Source: Actinomycetota bacterium | GTDB lineage: Bacteria > Actinomycetota > UBA4738 > JACQTL01 | Length of the DNA stretch: 53,552 nucleotides | NCBI GenBank assembly: GCA_036557505.1 | Contig: DATBHM010000074.1 | Location: forward strand, 1 to 53,552 | Direction: 5' to 3' | Part shown: one piece after another, positions 48,283 through 53,552 of the stretch | Layout of the letters: each line of letters begins with the position of its first letter | Numbering within the stretch: position 1 is the first letter of the stretch | Translations under genes and position numbers: made by a program | The notes under the pieces: model-generated | Seen by the model: the letters and a program-made list of their open reading frames with translations, nothing else | Databases searched by the model: none | Told to the model about the DNA's origin: nothing

Positions 48283-49685
48283 CGCGCCGGTCGATCCCCT
48301 GCCGCGGCCGGCTGCGGGCGCTGGCCGGCGTCGGTCGTGGACGTCGCGGCACCGGTGCCGGACGTCATCGTCGCCGGGAGGAACACGACGAACGTCGCCC
48401 CGCCTCCCGGCCGGTCCTCGACCCATGCCCGTCCGCCGTGCAGCTCCGCGAACCGGGCTACGAGCGACAGTCCCAGCCCCACGCCCGGCACGAACTCGGT
48501 GTCGGGCCCGCGACGGAACGGCTGGAAGATCGTCTCCTTGTGGTCATCGGGCACGCCGGGGCCCTCGTCCGAGACGCGAAGCTCCAGCCCGTCGCGCTCG
48601 GCGGCCGCCGAGACGGCGATCGGGCCGCCGGCGGGCGTGTGCTTCTCGGCATTCGCCACAAGGTTCTCGACCATGCGTTCGACCTTGGCCGGGTCGACGT
48701 CCGCGACGACGGGGGCCCCGGCGACGTGCACCTGGATCGCGCGCTGCTCGCGGAGCCCGGTCTCGTCGATGGTTCGTTCGATGAGCTCGCCCACGTCGGT
48801 CGGGCGGCGGTCCGGGGTGATGATCCCGCGCTGGAGCCGGTCGATGTCGAGGAGGTCGGACAGCAGGCGGTCCAGCCGCCGCGCGCTCGTCCCGATGCGC
48901 CGGAGCAGGTCGGCGCGTTCCTCCTCCGACAGCGACGGGCCCCGCTGTTCCAGCGTCGAGGCGGACCCGAGGATCGCGGTGAGCGGCGACCGGAGGTCGT
49001 GCGACACCGCCTGGAGGAACGTGTCGCGCATGCGGTCGGACGACCGAAGCCGCTCGGTGACCTCCATCTGCCGCTGGTACGCCTGCGCGTACTGGCGCGT
49101 CGACTGGAACGCCTGCTTGTAGTCCTGCTTGGTCCGGGCCAGCGCGGCCTCCGTCCGGCCGATGCGCGTCAGGCCCCAGGCCAGCGTCTCGGCGACCAGG
49201 ATGCACACGGGGATCGTGATGGCGGCCGTGCTGAGGCCGTACCCGACGTCGCCGGGGAGGTACAGGATCGGCACCACGTACGCGACGAGCGCCGCCGGCG
49301 CGACGAACACCGACGTCCACCGGGGGAACGTGAGCCCGATCCACATGAACACCACGACGAAGAACACGCCGTACGCGTACGGGGGGTTGGACCCGCCGAA
49401 GAAGTTCCCGAGCGCGATCAGCGTCAGGGCCGGGGCGATGAGCGCGAGCTGCCACCGGAGGTCGTGCCGTTCCCAGTGGAACCGCCACACGAACGCTCCG
49501 ATCGCGATGGCGGACGCGCCCACCACGAGCTCGCCGAGTCGGTTGAGGTCCGGCGGTCCGGGCAGGGGGACGTTCACCAGGAGCAGCGCGCCGGATCCCA
49601 GGAACAGGAACGCCGCCAGCCTGGCGGTGAAGCGGGCCCGGCCCTGGTCGCCCGGGGTGACGAGGGAGTCCAGCATCGCGGCCAT
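48279..49685 (-). CDS. sensor histidine kinase with a 5-6 TM intramembrane N-terminal domain
   Basis: H-box FLQAVSHDLRSPL, N-box NLVANAEKHT, G1 DEGPGV, G2 GVGLGLS. ATG 49685 chosen. The 1083-aa track ORF is an over-extension. Confidence 0.85.
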   Translation of the reverse strand: MAAMLDSLVTPGDQGRARFTARLAAFLFLGSGALLLVNVPLPGPPDLNRLGELVVGASAIAIGAFVWRFHWERHDLRWQLALIAPALTLIALGNFFGGSNPPYAYGVFFVVVFMWIGLTFPRWTSVFVAPAALVAYVVPILYLPGDVGYGLSTAAITIPVCILVAETLAWGLTRIGRTEAALARTKQDYKQAFQSTRQYAQAYQRQMEVTERLRSSDRMRDTFLQAVSHDLRSPLTAILGSASTLEQRGPSLSEEERADLLRRIGTSARRLDRLLSDLLDIDRLQRGIITPDRRPTDVGELIERTIDETGLREQRAIQVHVAGAPVVADVDPAKVERMVENLVANAEKHTPAGGPIAVSAAAERDGLELRVSDEGPGVPDDHKETIFQPFRRGPDTEFVPGVGLGLSLVARFAELHGGRAWVEDRPGGGATFVVFLPATMTSGTGAATSTTDAGQRPQPAAAGDRPAR

Positions 49686-49754
49686 TATGCCGTGCCGCTC
49701 GGACGCGATTCCGGGGAGCCGGCCCGGCGGCGCGGCGGTAGCCTTCGTCCGACC

Positions 49755-51026
49755 ATGTCCCGAGTCGGTCCCGACGCCCCGCTCGCCGCCCGCATGCGGC
49801 CGCGCTCGTTCGACGAGCTCGCCGGCCAGCGGCACCTGTTCGGTCCGGGCAAGGCCCTGACCGCGCTGCTCGACGGCGGGCACCTCCCCTCGATGATCCT
49901 GTGGGGCCCGGCCGGGACCGGGAAAACCACGCTGGCCTACCTTCTCGCCGATCGTGCCGGCGCCGAGATGGTCCAGCTGTCGGCGGTCTCGAGCGGTGTC
50001 GCCGACGCCCGCAAGGTCATGGATCGCGCCCGCCAGGGCCCGGGGCTGTTGAAGACCGTGCTGTTCGTCGACGAGGTCCACCGGTGGAGCAAGGCGCAGC
50101 AGGACGTCCTGCTCCCGGCCGTGGAGGCGGGCACCGTGACCCTGATCGGCGCCACGACCGAGAACCCGTACTTCTCGCTGGTCACGCCCCTGCTGTCCCG
50201 GACGCTGCTCCTGCGACTCGAGCCGCTGTCGGGCGGCGACCTGCGAACCCTCATGGACCGAGCCCTCCACGACGCCGGGCGTGGCCTGGGCGGCCTCGGC
50301 GTGGAGGTCGACACCGACGCGATGGACCACCTGGTGGAGGTGGCCGGCGGCGACGCCCGGGTCGCGCTGACCGGCCTGGAGGCGGCCGTCCTGGCCGCCC
50401 ATTCGGCCGGCGAGGCCACGGTGACGCGTGACCGCGCGGCGGACGCCGTGCAGAAGAAGGCCATCGTCTACGACCGGCAGGGCGACGCGCACTACGACGT
50501 GATCTCGGCGTTCATCAAGTCGATCCGAGGGTCGGACCCGGACGCGTCGCTGTTCTGGCTGGCCCGCATGATCGAAGCCGGGGAGGACCCGCGGTACATC
50601 GCCCGGCGCATGGTGGTCCACGCCAGCGAGGACATCGGGCTCGCGGATCCCCGGGCGCTGCTGGTGGCGACCGCGGCCGCCCACGCCGTGGAGTACGTGG
50701 GGCTCCCGGAGGCCTCGCTCAACCTGGCCGAGGCCGCGATCTACCTGGCGCGGGCCCCCAAGTCGAACAGCGTGAAGGCCGCCCTGGGCCGGGCCGTGGA
50801 GGACGCCCGGTCGAGTGACCCGGTCCCGCTGCATCTCCGCGACGCCAGCTATCGCGGAGCCCGCCAGCTCGGCCACGGAAAGGGCTACCGGTACCCCCAC
50901 GACTACCCGGGCCACGTGGTGGAGCAGGAATACCGGCCGGAGCGGTTCTCCGGGGCTCGGTACTACGAGCCCTCGGGCATGGGGGAGGAGGCGTCCGATC
51001 AACCCGACCCGGACGCATCGGTATGA
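49755..51026 (+). CDS. rarA: replication-associated recombination protein A (AAA+ ATPase)
   Basis: RMRPRSFDELAGQ, Walker A GPAGTGKTT, Walker B LFVDEVHRWSK, TENPYF, YDVISAFIKSIRGSDPDA, LHLRDASY. Confidence 0.9.
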   Translation: MSRVGPDAPLAARMRPRSFDELAGQRHLFGPGKALTALLDGGHLPSMILWGPAGTGKTTLAYLLADRAGAEMVQLSAVSSGVADARKVMDRARQGPGLLKTVLFVDEVHRWSKAQQDVLLPAVEAGTVTLIGATTENPYFSLVTPLLSRTLLLRLEPLSGGDLRTLMDRALHDAGRGLGGLGVEVDTDAMDHLVEVAGGDARVALTGLEAAVLAAHSAGEATVTRDRAADAVQKKAIVYDRQGDAHYDVISAFIKSIRGSDPDASLFWLARMIEAGEDPRYIARRMVVHASEDIGLADPRALLVATAAAHAVEYVGLPEASLNLAEAAIYLARAPKSNSVKAALGRAVEDARSSDPVPLHLRDASYRGARQLGHGKGYRYPHDYPGHVVEQEYRPERFSGARYYEPSGMGEEASDQPDPDASV

Positions 51027-51059
51027 TGCGCGGGCCGTCCTGACCACGGGGGTACTCGG

Positions 51060-51428
51060 GTGATCGCATCGACCGGCGCCGACGTCGCGCTCCTGCTGCT
51101 CGCATCGGGTTGGCTGGTGCTCGTCGTGTTCCTCGCGGTCGTCATGTTCTCGACGTTCCGCGTGATGGAGAGCACCAAGACCATGATCGACGGGGTCCGC
51201 GAGGAGACGGTGCCGCTGCTCGCCGAGGTCAAGACCACCGTGGTGAACGTGAACAAGGAGCTCGAACGCGCCGACACGATCATCGAGTCGGCCGGAAAGA
51301 TCGCGGGCTCGGCCTCCCGGATCACGACCGTCGTCGAGAACACGGTGAGCAACCCGCTCATCAAGTTCGCCGCGTTCACCGCCGGTGCGCAGCGCGCCAT
51401 CAAGCGCATGCGGGGACCCAAGGCGTGA
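51060..51428 (+). CDS. DUF948-domain membrane protein
   Basis: N-terminal TM followed by a long helical segment (TIDGVREETVPLLAEVKTTVVNVNKELERAD). Typical DUF948 architecture and position after rarA. Confidence 0.6.
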   Translation: MIASTGADVALLLLASGWLVLVVFLAVVMFSTFRVMESTKTMIDGVREETVPLLAEVKTTVVNVNKELERADTIIESAGKIAGSASRITTVVENTVSNPLIKFAAFTAGAQRAIKRMRGPKA

Positions 51429-51658
51429 GGCGGATCTTCTGGCTCGCCCTCGGCCTGGGCGCCGGGGCGACCGCCTCGGTGCTGGCCGCACGATGGGCCC
51501 GCCGCCAGGGACAGAAGGTGGCTCCGGCAAACATCGGCCGGCAGATGTCGAGCGCCGCTTCCGACTTCGGCCGGCTGGTCAGGACCGCGGTCGCCGAGGG
51601 ACGGCAGGCCATGGCCGAACGCGAGGAAGAGATCCGCCGCGAGCTGAACGGGGCGTAG
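51425..51658 (+). CDS. small membrane-anchored helical protein (77 aa)
   Basis: GTGA overlap with the DUF948 gene. N-terminal TM RRIFWLALGLGAGATASVLAA. High GC3. Confidence 0.5.
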   Translation: MRRIFWLALGLGAGATASVLAARWARRQGQKVAPANIGRQMSSAASDFGRLVRTAVAEGRQAMAEREEEIRRELNGA

Positions 51659-51831
51659 GTCCGCCCCGCCCGCCCGGCCCCTGCAACCGACCGAGGGCCG
51701 TTTGGCCCGGCATCCTGGCCCTTCGGCCTGCTCCGGCGTCAACCCGCGCCCGAGTCCGCCCGATACCCATTGGAGCGCCAATCGGGGGCGGCGGGGCACC
51801 GCCGTGTCCGGGTGCGGAAAGGGCGTGACGT

Positions 51832-53552
51832 TTGGAAGAGCTCTCCAAGCGCGAGAAGGAGGTGGCCACGCTGCTTCGGCAGCTCTCCGCCGGCCTGTCC
51901 GCATACCGGCTGTTCCCCGGCGACCTGGATCAGCCGGGATTCGTCATGGCCGCCCGGCGCATCCATATCGCCGCCGACCTGGTGCTGGCGATGGGCCCGC
52001 TGGACGCCGAGGTCAAGAGCGACACGTTCATCGTGCCCGAGGGACCGGTGGCGCCGGACGAGGGCATCGAGCGCCTCGCCCGCGCGTGCTACGAACGACG
52101 CGTCGAGCTGATCCGGGTGCGGTCGGTGCCGACCATCGATGAGCTGGGATCGCTGTACGAGGTGCTGTCCCGACCCGCGGAGGAGGTGCTGGCAGGCGGC
52201 GGCGCCGACCTCCTGCTTCGCGCGACCGGGGTGGTGTCGGTGGCGCTCGGCGAGCTGAACCCCCAGGCGATCCGGGCCCAGGCCCCGTTGCCGGAGCGGA
52301 AGCTCGAGCCCAAGGACCTGCCGGGCATCGGCGACGAGCTCACCCTGCGACCGGAGGACGCGGCGGCCCTCATCGAGTCGCCGCTCGACCTGGCCGAGTC
52401 GCTGCTCGCAAGGTTCCACGCCGTGGTCGCGGCGCTGCCCCAGGAGATCGATTCCGACGTCGAGCTGTACCAGATGCTGCGCGCCGCAGTGGCCACGCTC
52501 CCGGACGACCAGCGCATGATGCTGCACGCCGTCCTCCTCGATCGGGCGATGGACGACCCCCTCGCGGAGCGGTACATCGGAACGATGAGTGACACGGAGC
52601 TCGCCCGCCTGGTGGTCCAGGTGGCGAACGGGTTCGACCGCGACCCGGTAGAGATGTCCGAGCGGCTGGTGCGGATGCGGCTCCGCGGTGAGGACCTGAG
52701 GGAGCTCACGGTCGCCGTCGTGGAGGGCCGGGTGGATTTCGGGACCCTGCTGGCGGGCCGGGACGAGGTGGCGATCAGCGCCGCGATGGAGAGCTCGCGG
52801 CGGCTTGCCGAGGAGCGTGCCGAGGACCTCGAGTCGCGTCCGGACGACGGTTCCGACCTGATGTTCGAGACGGTGGGCGACCTGCTCAGCCAGAGCCTGC
52901 TCGCCAGGGAACAGCAGGACGTGCTGGCCCTCCGCGACCAGTTCCCGTCCACCGCGGAGTCGCAGCGCCTCGCCGCGACCGACGCGATCCGGGACTACCT
53001 GCTGGTGGACGGGGAACTGGAACGGCTCGAGCGGGTGCTCGCGGCATGGATGCAGACCGCGCGGGACGGCCTTCGGGCCGGGGACGTTCGGGTGGTCCGG
53101 GAGGCCCTGGACCTGGTGGAGGTGCCCCGAGCGGCGGCGGCGGACGATGTCGACCGGGCCAAGCTGTTCGACCTCTACCGGAGCCAGCTGCCCGAGCCGA
53201 GCATCCTCCAGGAGCTGGTCGAACGGGCGAAGGATCCCGGCGGGCAGGTCGCGGTGGAGGAGCTGCTGGAACCGCTGGAGGAGGTGTCGGTGACAGCCCT
53301 CCTGGAGCTGCTCGAGACCGACCTGGAGCCCCACGACCGGAGCATCGTCATCCAGCTCGCCACCGACCTGGCCAGGGACCACCTCCACGTGGTCACGCGC
53401 CGGATGAGCGACCGACGCCCGACGGTCGTCCGCGACGCCGTGACGGTTGCCTACCGGGCCGTCGGCGCCGCGGCCGTCGGGACGCTGGACGAGGCGACCC
53501 GCCATCCGGTGCCGGACGTGCGCGAGGAGGCCATCCGTGGTCTCATCGCGGT
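51832..53552 (+). CDS. large alpha-helical (HEAT/ARM-like) hypothetical protein, 5' part (runs off the 3' edge)
   Basis: I checked 573 consecutive sense codons by hand, from TGA 51826-51828 to the window end. GC3 is very high and the composition is Leu/Glu/Ala/Arg-rich and helical. The end, ...DVREEAIRGLIA, is HEAT-like. Missing from the ORF track because it is unterminated. Start (TTG 51832 / GTG 51862 / ATG 51946) is unresolved. Confidence 0.65.
   Translation, partial: MEELSKREKEVATLLRQLSAGLSAYRLFPGDLDQPGFVMAARRIHIAADLVLAMGPLDAEVKSDTFIVPEGPVAPDEGIERLARACYERRVELIRVRSVPTIDELGSLYEVLSRPAEEVLAGGGADLLLRATGVVSVALGELNPQAIRAQAPLPERKLEPKDLPGIGDELTLRPEDAAALIESPLDLAESLLARFHAVVAALPQEIDSDVELYQMLRAAVATLPDDQRMMLHAVLLDRAMDDPLAERYIGTMSDTELARLVVQVANGFDRDPVEMSERLVRMRLRGEDLRELTVAVVEGRVDFGTLLAGRDEVAISAAMESSRRLAEERAEDLESRPDDGSDLMFETVGDLLSQSLLAREQQDVLALRDQFPSTAESQRLAATDAIRDYLLVDGELERLERVLAAWMQTARDGLRAGDVRVVREALDLVEVPRAAAADDVDRAKLFDLYRSQLPEPSILQELVERAKDPGGQVAVEELLEPLEEVSVTALLELLETDLEPHDRSIVIQLATDLARDHLHVVTRRMSDRRPTVVRDAVTVAYRAVGAAAVGTLDEATRHPVPDVREEAIRGLIA

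Overview
This window is a high-GC (about 70%) chromosomal segment of actinobacterial type. I found no rRNA, CRISPR array, transposase, integrase or prophage signature. There is one tRNA, tRNA-Val(CAC).

The backbone follows the conserved gene order known from Mycobacterium and its relatives: thrS, HIT, PI-synthase slot, patA, pimA, then pdxS/pdxT, yebC, ruvCAB, yajC, secDF, apt, rel, then dtd, hisS, aspS, then rarA and DUF948.

Accessory, mostly signalling, modules are inserted into this backbone:
- (i) A minus-strand cassette: receptor Ser/Thr kinase, EF-G paralogue (switch-II His replaced by Tyr), membrane protein, RimJ/L-type acetyltransferase.
- (ii) LemA, HtpX and DUF3048, convergent with a small peptide, a DUF5317-like membrane protein and a GGDEF-EAL protein.
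- (iii) An HD-domain protein joined by 4-nt overlaps into yajC-secDF.
- (iv) An ECF sigma factor plus a membrane protein, convergent with a receptor Ser/Thr kinase carrying a 7-blade Asp-box propeller.
- (v) An orphan intramembrane histidine kinase whose stop codon overlaps the start of a K+ channel gene.

Eleven gene junctions use the same GTGA start/stop overlap.

Most long ORFs in the supplied track are antisense or off-frame shadows, or upstream over-extensions, typical of high-GC DNA. Two real CDSs that run off the window edges are absent from the track.

All functional calls come from reading motifs in the translations. I ran no database search. The candidate systems below are inferences and need comparative and experimental checks.
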